A stretch of 64,000 nucleotides of DNA from Dudresnaya verticillata (GCA_977862235.1 OZ374557.1:744001-808000); one strand, 5' to 3'. Positions 22,801-34,784 are shown, counted from the stretch's first letter. Translations and numbers: made by a program. The notes: generated by a model not told the origin, from the sequence alone.

Positions 22801-25420
22801 AATGCCAAGTTGACAAGGAGGTATCGTTGCCACATCAACGTGGAACGCACCCAGGGAGGAGGGGCAGTCGCGTACCTGATGAAGTACACATTCAAGCCAC
22901 CGAAACTTCAAGACGTGGAGATTCAAACGGAGCCAGAGAGGCAGGGCACCCGGAACCCAGCTAGGGACAACATTCGCAACGACATCCGCCTACACATGCG
23001 TGCGAGAGTGAGTGGCTCCGTTGAGGCAGCTTGGTCGTTACTCGAGTTCAGGCATGTCAAGTTGAATCCACCGGTGACAGCCTACCCGATGCACTTGGAG
23101 CGAGAGTGCCACATTGTCATTAGGAACCCCAACCTTCCGTGGGGACCGGGACAGCTAGGCGACTCACCGCTGCTGCGCTACTTCAAGCGTCCGTCACAGT
23201 ACAGGTCGAAAACATTTCTCGACTACATGGAAGGCTTCAAGCTGTACAAGACGCTTAAGTCATGATATTCCAAGAGACGACGGCGCGCCTCGAAACTATG
23301 TCGTCAAAAGGGGCTCGGATGAAGACTCGGTGGCACGCATCCGCTTCGTTTCCCCAGCAAACGTCGAGCTGTTCGCGCTTCGGACAATCCTGATTCACAG
23401 GCCGATCGCATCCTTTGCGCAAGCCAAAGGCTTTGAAGGGCGTAACTACGGCTCCTTCCGCGATGTTGCAGTGGCAATGGGACTGTATGCGGATGGAAAC
23501 GAGTACGACAGATCCTTTGACGAGACAGTAAGTATGCATTCGACACCTTCAAGTCTGCGCTTCATGATCGTGACTCTGTACCAGCAAGGAGGAAATCCAG
23601 AACGCATGCTCCACAGACACTCAGAGTACTTGATGTCAGACATTCACCTCGGATCTACGTCGCAGAAGAAGGCAGAGTTGATGCGTAGAATGATTGAGAT
23701 ATCAGATCGCCATGGAGGGAACCTCCTGCGACAGCATCGAGCCTTCCGCTCCTTTGTTACCTCACAGCATAGGGCAACGGAAATGGAGAGGGTACAGAGT
23801 GAGATACAGCAAGCGTCGTCGTCGGCAAGCTCACGAGAAGCGGTAGAAGACAAGTACAGGACGTTGAACTCACAGCAGAAGCGAGTGTTCGATAAGATCA
23901 TGTCTGTCATGTTGGACCGTCGCCGAGAAGACCCACTGGATACGGATAGAAAGGTGTTCTTCCTACAGGGCCATGCAGGGACAGGTAAGACATACCTTCT
24001 GTCTTTGCTTCGGGATATGGCGGAGTGGAGGGGAATGCATGTGTAAATCACCGCTACTACAGGAATTGCAGCGTCTCTATACCGTGGTGGTCGCACACTA
24101 CAAAGTCTCCTTGGACTGGGCGTTGACTACAAGGACAGTTCTGAACGACACGCCCAGCTTTCTAAATACGGTCCACGATCTCAGAGGGCATCGATGATTC
24201 GGAACATGTCACTTCTTATCGTAGACGAGGCCTCTATGATGCAAAGAGTGCTATTTGAGCACGTGGATGCCATCCTCAAAGACTTGCGAGTGCGACCGGA
24301 AGCTCATCGTGGAAACGGAGGCAGTAGCAATGCCTCGAATAGCTCGGGGTCACGTTCAGACAAGCCGCTCTTCGGTGGGTTAAGCATCGTATTTGCAGGC
24401 AACTACCTTCAGCTGTTGCCAGTTGTTCCGTCGCGGAGGCTTCAAGAAGAAGACCATGGGAACAAAGAATACGTCAACGTGTCCTTACTAGACGAACTAC
24501 CTTGGGCATCCTCCCTCTGGCAGGCTGTGAAGGTGCTGCGCATTACTCAACAAGTTCGTCAGGCAGAAGATCAGAGATTCAGCCGGCTGCTCATGTCAAT
24601 CGCTACTGGAAGCTTTCCTACAACAAGCAAGCTTCCACTGTCTTCGACGGGGAACATACAAGCTTCGTACGAACTTCTATGGAAGTGGGCAGTAACTCAC
24701 AACCCTGCACACGTCGAACTTAACCGTATGATTGTGTTCCCGACAAATGCACTGGTCGACGAGCATAACACAGAGTGCTTGGAACGCTTCCCGGGCAGTT
24801 CGTTCTCTCTGTGTTCTGCCACAAGTATCGTTCCAATCCGCGGCCGTAACAGAGATGGAAACCCAGTCGGGAACACCATCGTTCCAGAGATGACCTACGG
24901 CTACATGCCGACTGGGGTACCTTCGCACGAATTGAAACTGAAGTTGGGTGTCCCGGTAATGGTAATACGGAATGTTCTGCACCCGCACATTGTTAACGGT
25001 GCAATGTTCGTCGTCAAGCGCTACAGTAGAAGAATGGTTTATGTGGCCAAGCTGAACGAAAGCGGGGATAGGGAGGAAGTGGAAACGTACGCGCTACACC
25101 GTATCGACTTCCAGTTTGACTTCCACGGCGTTCGAGTTACCCGCAGGCAGTTTCCGCTTCGTCTAGCATTTAGTGCTACAGTGCACAAGGCACAAGGCCA
25201 AACGTTGCGCAAGATGATCGTGGACTTGCGATCCAACTTCTTCTCTCCGGATCAGCTCTATGTCGCCCTGTCTCGCGTTAAGAAATCGAATGACATCCTT
25301 CTCCTGCACAACGAAGAAGACCACCCATCCAGCACCGACCACCCCTTCCACAACATGCCAGTAGTGGTTGGAAATCCATTTCTGCCTGAAGCAGTCACGT
25401 TTCTGGAACAACGTCACTGA
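19866..25420 (+). pseudogene. Helitron RepHel (HUH Rep + Pif1-family helicase)
   Basis: Zn finger CKYC...E...CC. Rep motifs VTVTMNPW, *FRERNTPHTHIL and YLMKY. Helicase motifs GHAGTGKT, DEASM, GNYLQLLPV, QFPLRLAFSATVHKAQGQT and QLYVALSRV. Stops at 22483 and 24044; frameshift near 23270-23330. Confidence 0.96.
19870..20640 (+). repeat. 21-bp minisatellite encoding xNxGGxR heptapeptides
   Basis: GCCAACTCTGGTGGCGCCCGT-type units; higher-order ~126-bp duplication at ~20162 and ~20288. Confidence 0.93.
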
Positions 25421-25464
25421 CATTAAGTGGTTTTGCTGCTTTTACTCTTTGTCCTTTTTTTCAT

Positions 25465-25545
25465 CGGCCTCTTAAAGGCCTTGAAGTTTTTCTAGCGGCC
25501 TCTTACAGGCCTTGATTTTTCTAGCAGCCTCTTAAAGGCCCTCAA
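25465..25545 (+). terminator. Tandem Helitron 3'-terminal hairpin-CTAG units
   Basis: GGCCT-CTTAA-AGGCC-like hairpin three times, the first two followed ~10 nt later by CTAG. Confidence 0.7.
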
Positions 25546-25704
25546 GTCTCTTTTCCGCATTAAATCGTCTTGAAAATATCTCTCAAGACTTTTCACTTCT
25601 GCTTCCGACACACAATCCTACCTTTAACTCAGCAGTACAATCCAGCACCAGAACGTCAGAGACGGCATATCGCGGTGCGCCGCGCCGCGATGTCTTCCCT
25701 TGTT

Positions 25705-26030
25705 TACCTTATAGTAAGAATTTGTATGGGTATGACCGCCCAAAGGGTAGTATTAGCCCGGCCAGGTCTCGAAAAATAAACAAAATTATATATCGATGCG
25801 CCAACAAATCCACTTGGCGCCACAATAGTTTCTACGCATCCGAAATTATATCTAAAATACACGGCCGCAGCGCCAATGAAAAAAATCAGCAGCAGCAGCA
25901 GCAAAGCTCACCATTGATTGGCGGGATGGTGCTCCTTACAGCCGACACCTTTGCTGTGCGCCTGATTTCTTAATTTGGTCCTTTACTTTTGTGCGCGCGC
26001 GACCGCCGTTACACCACGCGCCTGCCTTCG
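25705..26030 (+). repeat. Diverged relative of the 18.1-kb terminal unit
   Basis: ATAGTAAGAATT..., TTTCTACGCA and CCAATGAAAAAAATCAGCAGCAGCAGCAGCAAAGCT are collinear with 18131-18400. Confidence 0.6.
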
Positions 26031-28238
26031 GCGCGGGGATTATCATACCAGCACTCAGTGCCGTCCCGCGCCGAAGGCACGGTGTCTAGCGGCGCGTAGC
26101 GCCGCCACCGCCGAAGGCGGTGCGACTTGTCTTGCACATAACGTTTTGGGCTACAAAGAGCAGTGGGCATGAATGGCAGTCTCCTTCTCGTAAAAAAGAA
26201 AGAGTTAAACCAGTAGGTTGTGTCCAGCCCGCACCCAGCGTGGTGAGTTTGAATGTTTCGGCCTGTCATTAATCCATACGTAAAGGTTGTGCTTCTTGTG
26301 CCAGTAATCCGAGTTTAATGAGAACCAATAAAATCCAGTTGAAGATCCACTACATTCAGACCCAGTCGCTTGTCCTATACGCACGTCTAGCGCAAGCTCA
26401 GTAGGCAGTATTTCCCTTCGGACCCAGCCTTATGTTGAGAGTCAGCCAATCCCTCAACGAGGGAACTTGTGAGTTAGCCGGGGGGCACGGGGCAAGACTG
26501 CTGTGTGTGAGCTCACTCCAGGCCATAAGTTGCCGGTGAGCTGCTGCGAATTTGTTTCGCGGCGATTTATATAAATATTCGGGTTGCGTTACGATCGTAC
26601 CTCGAGCTTAGAGGGAAGAAGTTGTGGTTACGGTTCGGAAAGGATCAGGCCTTATACCCTTATCGCGGAGGCGTCATTTCGAAATAGAGATGAGGGTGAC
26701 TGCGGTGCAGGCATTTGCAGTCCGAAGTCGTGTCGATTCCGCGTCCAGTTTCATCCTCGGAGACAGCCCTCATTTTCATTTACGGTACGTGACATGACGA
26801 ATCGATAGCGTCATCATTTGTGCCATCTTTGAGCGGTGCTGGCGCGGCAAAAACCATTCCATTCACTAAGAAGCGATCCGTGTCAGCGAGCTTCAGGCAT
26901 ACGAAGTGCAATTCAGCTGCGTTGAAGCTGCACCATAGCTGAAACACTAGTGTTGGGAGAGAACCACCAGTGGAACGGCATTTGCCTTATGGCTGAGGGT
27001 GTGGTAAAGAGGTGATGTTTGATAGCAATGCAACGAATATCCACACAAACACACACTTACGAGAACGAATTGAATATAGAAACTTGCAAGTTGTCACCTC
27101 ACGACGTGTCAGCAGCTTCTCTCCTCGCATCGCGCATGTGTGCATGGGGTGATGATGCCGTTTCCTGGTCTTCATGACTCCGAGAGAGATCGCTCGTTAT
27201 CGAGTTCGAGTTTTTATGCAAGATACGCTGAGACATGCTGCTCATCTGAAAACAAAGTTTGTGAAAGACTTTACGAAAATGAACAGGCGCATCGTATGTG
27301 ATGCACTATAGTGCTTCGTTCCAGTACGTTGCATTGAATGATTTGGCTACGGACCGACTGACCAGCCTGAAGCATCAGTTCGTCCAGACGCGTTAACCCT
27401 CCGATCTTTCCGCATAACACGTATGTAATGAAGTCTTTCGTTTTCGTAAAGGCCTATTTCCCGTTCACCAAATTGAGCTCCGTTGACAAAACACGAGATC
27501 CGCTTTCACTATCTGTCTCGCTTGCTCTTGTCTGCGTACAGATTGTGTAGTGCAGTTTATATATCAAGACCAGGCGTTTGCAAATGCTGCAGTGTTGCAT
27601 ACAATGTCTGCTCACACCAGTCTTCTAACAGACCAGAATACCATTATTGCCATAGTGCACAAGATATATCCGAATCGCTCACCCTCCATGCTCGCAAGGT
27701 TCCTAGGACTGAAGAAGCTCGTAAATAAATCACCATCCCCTAACTTTCGCACCCCGATTAGGTATCTAATACGGGAACGCACACTTGCTCCGCTTGTTGC
27801 GCACGAGGTGCTTCTCACACGCCCAGCACCGATTATGGCAGGGATTATGGCACGGCGTACCATAACCGTTCGGCCTCACGCAGTTTCCAAATTTACCCTT
27901 CACCTCATAAAAAAGCCTCCCCTTGTAGTCTTCATCAACGTTGCCATATCCGCACTGGCACTTGCGTGGTGGCTTGCATACATCGCCGCTCCTGCATACA
28001 GACGGACTGAAGTCCAACCTATGTTTGTGATGTTGTACTTTATTGAATCTTTAACGCGCGCGGTTGCCGGGGCGACTAGGGCCCATTTACAGGCACACGC
28101 CCTACCAACCAGATATCTACTGTATGGTACACTAGACGGGCTTACACCCGTAATCTGGAGGCAGTCCAGCCGGCTCCATGAGAAGAATGGGCAAACAACC
28201 CCGGTGGGGAAAAATCCTTGAGAAAAATGTAGAACCAT

Positions 28239-28310
28239 GGGACCTGGCGGTAGTCGAACTCGGTTTCCCGGAATCAACGGCGCAGCGGTGAACCACTGCA
28301 CCACCCGTCC
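28239..28310 (-). ncRNA. Degenerate tRNA-like sequence (pseudo-tRNA or SINE head)
   Basis: 72 nt with A box TGGTGCAGTGG, B-box-like GAGTTCGACT and GGAC...GTCC ends; TTTTT downstream. Stems imperfect. Confidence 0.45.
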
Positions 28311-28369
28311 GCCTCTGCGGGCGGATGTTTGTACGTCCAGCAGTCATCATGGGAAGGAGCCCCCTCGCC

Positions 28370-28650
28370 CCGCGGCGGCGCACAAATCCCTTCTTTAAGA
28401 CCGGGCCTCTTCTTGCAAAACATACCCTGTTTGCAATCAGTGCTTCGAGCACCACGCACATTTCTCTCCACGCTTGCTGCAGAACATGCCAATCTTACAA
28501 ACCAGCCCACCCTTGCACAACCAGCACATATCAGGACATTTCTTACCGAAATCCATACGTTCCCGCTACTTTCGCACGGGTCACCTCTCCTCTCGAATTT
28601 GCACACCTTCCCAGATGCGCAGTCCTTACTACCTCGGCACTTTCCAGAAA
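28370..28650 (-). pseudogene. Cys-rich repeat protein remnant
   Basis: KCRGSKDCASGKVC and RSTDCKQGMFC...GIC; an alternative frame reads KKCPDMCWLCKGGLVCKIGMFC. Confidence 0.4.
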
Positions 28651-28901
28651 ATGGTGCTCGTGAGCGCTCGCCTGTATTACCATGGGAATGTATGGTAATG
28701 CATTGCATCTTATACACCTATTGCTTGCCAAGCACAGATCATGACAATGCTTACCTTCACCCACCTTAAAGGTTTGATTCATCTGCCTTCCAATACCAGC
28801 AATAATAGGACAGGCAACTGTTTTGCGCTTTCACTAACATGAAGTGACATTCATCTATATAAGGAGCTGACTGAGACTGGGGTCTCTCATGCTGAGGCAA
28901 A

Positions 28902-29171
28902 ATGCTACCTACAGACCCAGCCCCGTTGGCGCTGGCTGAAGAAGTTCGCGCGTTGAGGGCAGAGCTGGACGAAGCTCGCGCACTCGCTGTGGAGGAGCTC
29001 GACAAAACAGTCTGGCTCCAGGCGCAGCTGATGGGGTGGGCTCGCGATATGATTGCGAGGGCTGGCCTGGCTGGAGAGAGGGTGATGCAAGGGGCTCTAG
29101 GGGTGATGGCTCTGTTAGGGTGGGAAGTGTCGGGGGAGTGGACCGTGGAGGACCCTGGTTCAGATGTTTAG
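28902..29171 (+). CDS. Small coiled-coil hypothetical protein
   Basis: Intact 89-aa ATG ORF with TATATAAGG ~45 bp upstream; paralogue at 12831. Confidence 0.5.
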   Translation: MLPTDPAPLALAEEVRALRAELDEARALAVEELDKTVWLQAQLMGWARDMIARAGLAGERVMQGALGVMALLGWEVSGEWTVEDPGSDV

Positions 29172-30159
29172 GTAGCAAGAACGTTAAAGGGGTTAGGTCA
29201 CAATTGGTTTCTATATAACACGGAAGTCAATAAGTATGTAGATAAGCGAGACGGGGGTTTTGTGCGTGAGTATGTCTACATACACACAATTCCCGACTGA
29301 AGTAGAAGCAAAGTGCTCATTTCCTTCACACCAGTGTGTAAACAGTGTGTAAACAGTCCCCAAATGCGCGTTACTGAGAATGCAGGCTGAGTATTACGGG
29401 GAAAGCAGTATCCTGCTAGAGGGAAGGTTAAAGGGAGAGGAGAATGCTGGGGGAAGATGTTTAGCTGCGGAGGATGGTTGGGTATGTCTGGGGTGCGGAA
29501 GTGGCCTTTGGAATCGCGGGAAGGCATCGCGCGGCGGAGGCCCGCATCGGGATAGCTAGAGAGCGCCGACAGGGTGATGGTACCCGGAATCAGAGAGTGC
29601 ATGCGGGAGGGCCCCCGCGACGGGAGGGCATGGGCATGGCCACAGCGGGGCGGTGCGGAAAAGAATGAGGAGGCAGTCTGTATGCGTTTCGATACGTTTG
29701 CCTTCGCCAGTTGCGCGCGCGCAGCACTGTGAAAAGGGTGCACCAGACGGGCGACGAGACAGTCTGTATGCGGCGCCGAGCATGCGTGGCTCGCGCAGGA
29801 CTGTGCAAAGGATGGACGAGACCGGCGAAGAGGCAGTGTGTATGCGGCGCCGAGCGCGCGCGTCGCGGGCGAGATGGCCGATGCGGCGCGCATGCAGCGC
29901 GCGCGGCCAGGGGCATGCCGCGGGGCGGCAAGTTCCAATTTGGCCCAGCGCGGACCGTGGAGTGGCCCGCGTGGGCCAAATTGACGCAAGGAAATTGAAA
30001 TTCAGAATACCTGGAAATATTTTGGGTAAATTCACGCAAACCGCCATAACTTTGGCAGGAATGGTCCGTTAGTCAATCGGATTTCTCCACCGTACTCAGG
30101 GAACGCTCTCCTTTCCAACGATTGGAGAAAATAGCTATTCGACTCCAGTCTGTTTTGAA

Positions 30160-30426
30160 AGTCGTAGCTTAGAGGCGTGTGCGCGCGTCGACAGAGGTGA
30201 TCTAGATTCGGATCCCGATCCGTGCCAGCATTGCTGGCGCGTGGTCATTACAGGCGCACGCCTTACATTGTAACTGATCCCGATCTGATCCCGATGTCTG
30301 ATCCAGATCCAATCCGGATCTGGGCCATACTTACAGACGCACGCCTTACACCCCTTGGATCCCGATGGGTGATGCGTGCCGCGCTGGGCGTACAGTGCTT
30401 GAGCCGCCATGCCCGTGCGCGATTGC
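30160..30426 (-). repeat. Old diverged Gypsy LTR remnant, left part (split by Copia-2)
   Basis: Similar to 33955-34240 (GCCAGCATTGCTGGCGC, GATCC repeats). Confidence 0.8.
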
Positions 30427-31052
30427 TGTCGTAATTCCACAGTACTGACTGCTCGACGGAGCAGGACTGTTACGGATAAAGTCATATTGACTTCTAAGGG
30501 CTGCTACGGACAGCAAAATCAGGCCAACGGCCTGATATTCATACAGTGGAGGAGTCGAAAGGCAGCAGAGGTATTATTGATACCTCTATCCTCCTCCACT
30601 ATAGAATATGGGCCAGGTCACCCATGCAGTTTACTTTACCGTCGCTTAAACAAACATTGAACAGCGAAGCCAACTCCACGCTGTAGGAATAGCTTCTAGT
30701 TTGGTAGTGTTTAGACCCATTCCTGGGTGGCGCCATCTAATTTACCCCTCTCCGTTTAGCTTTTACCCCTCTCCGTTTAGTTTTACACAGTCAAGCCTAG
30801 CGCTACAGGACTATAAAGTTGCCGTGAACCAGGAAGCTCCCTACTTCCCAACACCAAGAATTTTACCAACTGCACCTCTCCAGAACTTCGTCAGCTCACC
30901 AGCCGCCGTCGATATCTACCCGGCACTATACGCACCGGCCCTCGCGTGTGTCCCGACCCCTCTCGACTACATACCGTCGAGTAGGGCCGGTTATCATCCC
31001 AACACCAAGACCCGTCCACCTCCGTGGACGAACCCAAGCCGATTTGACTATA
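30427..31052 (+). repeat. 5' LTR of Copia-2
   Basis: Near-identical to 48155-48759 apart from a 21-bp internal duplication. Confidence 0.95.
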
Positions 31053-31288
31053 CAATTCGGATTATACGTCGATCGCAAGAAGACTTCTTTTATTATTTGT
31101 TTCGGGCTACCGTTTCTTCAAGGAATTAACCACTGACTGGTATTCCTTGGAGTAGCAACCCTCAGAATGTTTTCTGGTCTATCACAGACAACAAACGGTA
31201 TTAGAAAACAGTAAATTGATACTTGCTGTATCAAAGCGTCTCTATCAGGAATTAATTACATGGGACTCTAACGTTTTATTTTCTTTTA

Positions 31289-31854
31289 GTGGCGCGTTTG
31301 AAACGAGCCTCTAACGACCCATCTGTTCTGCGAGAGCAACGCAGGAGGGGCGGTATCGAATCGTCAAGTTCATCATCAAGCTACGAAGTACCTACTGCAC
31401 GACCATTAATAGAAGAAGAAGCGCATCAAGCCGGCACGACGAGTATTAATTATACCTCAATCTTCAACTCAGAATCGGATAATAATTCTCATCAAGAACC
31501 AGAGCAGACACAGCGCCAACTGAAGACACTACCTGTTGCCTCGTCTTCAACAATACTGCGCGCTGCTCGCACTATCGAGAAGACTCGCCGTCGACAAAAT
31601 CGCCGCGTTCAGTGCAAGGACTGTGTTCGCGGTTTGTTAACCGGCGCCAATACACAATCCACCTAGGCGGTATCGCGCATCGCAAGGAACTCGACCGAAT
31701 CCACGACGCGCGTTCGAAACACTGCTGCAAACCTTGCGATTTGTCCTTTATTTCCAAGCACGACTACGAAAAGCATATTATAGGCAAGAAGCACAGAAAT
31801 ACGCTACAACGAGCTCGTAATCAAGACCTCGCCGCCAGGCTCAATTATAAGTAG
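31289..31854 (+). pseudogene. Extra ORF upstream of gag with two U1/matrin (zf-met/JAZ-type) C2H2 zinc fingers, one frameshift
   Basis: CKDC.../...QYTIHLGGIAHRK and CKPCDLSFISKHDYEKHIIGKKHR (C-x2-C-x12-H-x5-H). Confidence 0.7.
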
Positions 31855-32011
31855 TAAATAGTTAAACACTTCAAAAAAAGAAAAAAAGGAGGAGGAAAAA
31901 GCGAGAAAAGAGGCGGAAAGAAAAAGGAAGGTAGGACACGAGAAAAACAAAAATAGAAAAAGAACACAAAGTAGAGATAGTCTAATAAAACACACAAAAA
32001 GGCAAGAAAAA

Positions 32012-32977
32012 ATGGTGACTTTAACATCCATCCGAAGTCAATTAAATGGGTATTCCCTGAGCACGGATTTTCAGCAGGATCTCAAAGCGGCCCTCGCTGT
32101 ACACGTTTCAGCCGACCCACAGCCACCTGACGGAGAGACCATTTCAGCTCTCCGCGAGGACTTTCCTGTGGAAACCTTATACGATGAGGATGTGTTGAGA
32201 GGCCCGGCCACACTATTTAGGATTGTCCGGGATTACCTTAGTCTGAAGGGCTTAGTATATCAGCAGCATCCTGATAACAACCGAATCGCCTATGGACTAC
32301 CTAATATGCTCTATACGACCGACGCAGAGCCTAACAGTGCAATCGCCCGTCTTATAGTTGCATCATCGAACGTGAGTCAAATAGGAGAGCAGGGTAACGG
32401 CAGCAATGCACCACACAGTGGTTCTCACTCTTCCACTAGTATAACGGACGAAAAGAAGCTGGCACACAATATTGCCACAAGGTTCAAGAATGCCGACAAG
32501 TTCACGGGAAAACTCGGAGAAGATCTATCCGAACACATCAGCAACTATCTGGATGCCAGTCGCGACTACGATTTGACGAGCTCCCAGAAATTACAGTTCT
32601 TCCACAACGTATTCGATGGAGAAGCAAAAAGGTTTTACCGTGAGAAGGTTTTCGACCACTGCGATACTTTTGGAGCTGCCATTAAACTTATGCAGGATGC
32701 GTTCAACAACATCACGCGTCAGAACCGCGTTCAAAAACACCTCCAAAGCCTACGACTGAACTCCATCGTTAAATCGAAAAGGTGCACCGTAACTGAAGCC
32801 CTTGAGGAACTACGTGAAACCATCACAAAGTTCGCTCCGCAAGGTCTGAAAACCCACCAGTCCCAAGAAGATAAGGTCGAATATCTGTATAAAGCAGTTG
32901 TAGGCGCTAGTTGGGAAAAAGGTCCCCTTACAAACGCCCAGCCTGCTACTCCACCTTGGGACTTTCAGCAACTTTGA
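32012..32977 (+). CDS. Copia gag, C-terminally truncated
   Basis: KFTGKLGEDL...KLQFFHNVFDGEAKRFY gag-like capsid region; position between LTR and RT. Confidence 0.75.
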   Translation: MVTLTSIRSQLNGYSLSTDFQQDLKAALAVHVSADPQPPDGETISALREDFPVETLYDEDVLRGPATLFRIVRDYLSLKGLVYQQHPDNNRIAYGLPNMLYTTDAEPNSAIARLIVASSNVSQIGEQGNGSNAPHSGSHSSTSITDEKKLAHNIATRFKNADKFTGKLGEDLSEHISNYLDASRDYDLTSSQKLQFFHNVFDGEAKRFYREKVFDHCDTFGAAIKLMQDAFNNITRQNRVQKHLQSLRLNSIVKSKRCTVTEALEELRETITKFAPQGLKTHQSQEDKVEYLYKAVVGASWEKGPLTNAQPATPPWDFQQL

Positions 32978-32989
32978 CCTCGATTATCA

Positions 32990-33515
32990 AACCTGGAGAC
33001 CCCAGAGCAAAGACCCTCGCTTCGAAAATGCAAAGAAGAAAAAGATAAAGGGTTTAATAGACAGAGGAACTTGGAAAATAGTTCTAAAAGAGGAGATTGA
33101 AGACAGTGCAAACGTACTAGATGGACGTTTTGTACTCGCAATTAAGGATGAGGGAGCCAACAAAGAAGTTTGGAAGGCCAGGTTCGTCGTACAAGGATAC
33201 AGAGATCGTATGAAAACGTCCTTAGTGCACGATACTGCCACTGCAAGGCAACACTCAACTCACGTTCTTATAGGGATCGCCGCAATGTTCGGTTTCCGTC
33301 TATACACTACAGACGTAACTCAAGCCTACCTCCAAAGCGCCGAGAAACTGATGCGAGACGTATACATAAAACCCTCCGGCGAGTTTGAAGTAGACAAGGA
33401 TCAGTTGTTAAAACTTTTAAAACCACTGTATGGTCTTGCGGATAGTGGAGACTACTGGGGAAACCCCCTTTACGATCACCTCCGGAACGAACTTGGAATG
33501 CGAACAACAGCTTCG
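32990..33515 (+). pseudogene. Copia-2 reverse transcriptase, 5' part
   Basis: GRFVLAIKD...WKARFVVQG, DVTQAYLQS, LLKPLYGLADSGDYW. Confidence 0.92.
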
Positions 33516-34380
33516 TGTGGTGCAAACGTCTGAGACATTAGACCGCCGAGCAGTTCGGGGCTCGGTGGGTAGCTACGCCCTTGGCGGTGGGTAGTCCCGC
33601 CGTGGGCGACTTGTTGGTAGAGCAAAGGACACGCCTTGGGCGGACTGTAAACGCCCGAGGCGGAAAGGAAGGGAAAAGGAAACAGAAAGGGAACACGTCA
33701 ATGACGATGGTAGACGTGGAAGCACGGGAGGTAGACGCTTGAGCCGTAGGCAGCGGTAGGATACGCACGTGCGGAACGGGGAAGTCTGGACTAAGGCCGG
33801 CTTGCCAGGGGTGTACTCAGCGTCTCAGACGGAGTACCTAATATATTACGTGAGCGACGGCGGCGGGCGTGGTGCGCGGGAACTCAGGACGCGTGTCGCG
33901 CCGTCGAGTGTCTGACACGTCGTCGTCGCCATGCAGCCGCGTGCGCGGGAGCTCAGAAGTAGCTTACAGGCGTGCGTGCGAGTAATGGGTGACTTACAGG
34001 CGCATACGTGTAGTAGTGCGGATGATCCGAATTCGGATCCAGATCCCCGCCAGCATTGCTGGCGCGCGGCCATTACAGGCGCGCTCCTTACATCACTGTG
34101 GATCCGGATGCCGGATCCCGATGTCCCATCCGGATCCGATCCGGATCCGGGCCAAGCTTACAGGCGTGTGCCTTGCGCCCGGCCGATCGGGATAATGCAT
34201 CCGGATCTGGCCGTACAGTGTGCATGTGCGCCGCGCCGCGCGGGGTAACGGCGGCCGTATGCCCGTGGGCCAATCGTCTATGACGTGTTCGCGCGCCAAC
34301 GGCGGTTGACGTGCCGTCGGTAGACGTTGGCATATAATACGCTCAGAGCGAAAAAGGGGGAGCCCTCGCCTTGCACCACA
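33516..34380 (-). repeat. 3' LTR of Gypsy-1
   Basis: 10-bp terminal IR tgtggtgcaa/ttgcaccaca; PPT-like GAGGGGG adjacent. Confidence 0.96.
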
Positions 34381-34784
34381 CGACCCCCTCGCAAAACGCG
34401 AACACGTCCGCCGCAAGCTTGCGTTTCTCTGCGGGTCCCACTTCGTCGTGCGTGCGTTCCTGCGTTCCGGCTGTGCCGTGCTAACTTCGCGTGCTGCGCG
34501 TTGCGTCCGGCGAGCTCTCGCTCTCTCGCGCTCTCTTCACCGTTCTTCATCGCCGCTGGCGCATCGTGAATCCCGTCAACGACGCCACATCCAATTCGTC
34601 GCCTGGGGCGTGTCAGTTGCATCGTCGTCGACGAGTTGTGTGAAGTTCATCGCCCAAGGCGCAGGTGCTTCCCGTCTGTGACGCAGCTTCATCGTAGTCG
34701 CCCGTGGCGCGGAACAAAAGGCGTCTTTGACGTAAGCAAAAAGTATAACCGCCTGTGGCGTGGGGCAAGGGTCGTCGTTGACGT

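Larger units (their letters stand above)
18122..25545 (+). mobile_element. Helitron (autonomous type, degenerate)
   Basis: RepHel gene. Repeated 1.4-kb left-end unit containing a hairpin. Hairpin+CTAG motifs lie just downstream of the helicase. Left boundary inferred from the second copy. Confidence 0.8.

Noticed and set aside
27550..28221. 223-aa ORF with hydrophobic stretches
   Set aside because: Non-ATG start and no recognisable motif; cannot be supported as a gene.
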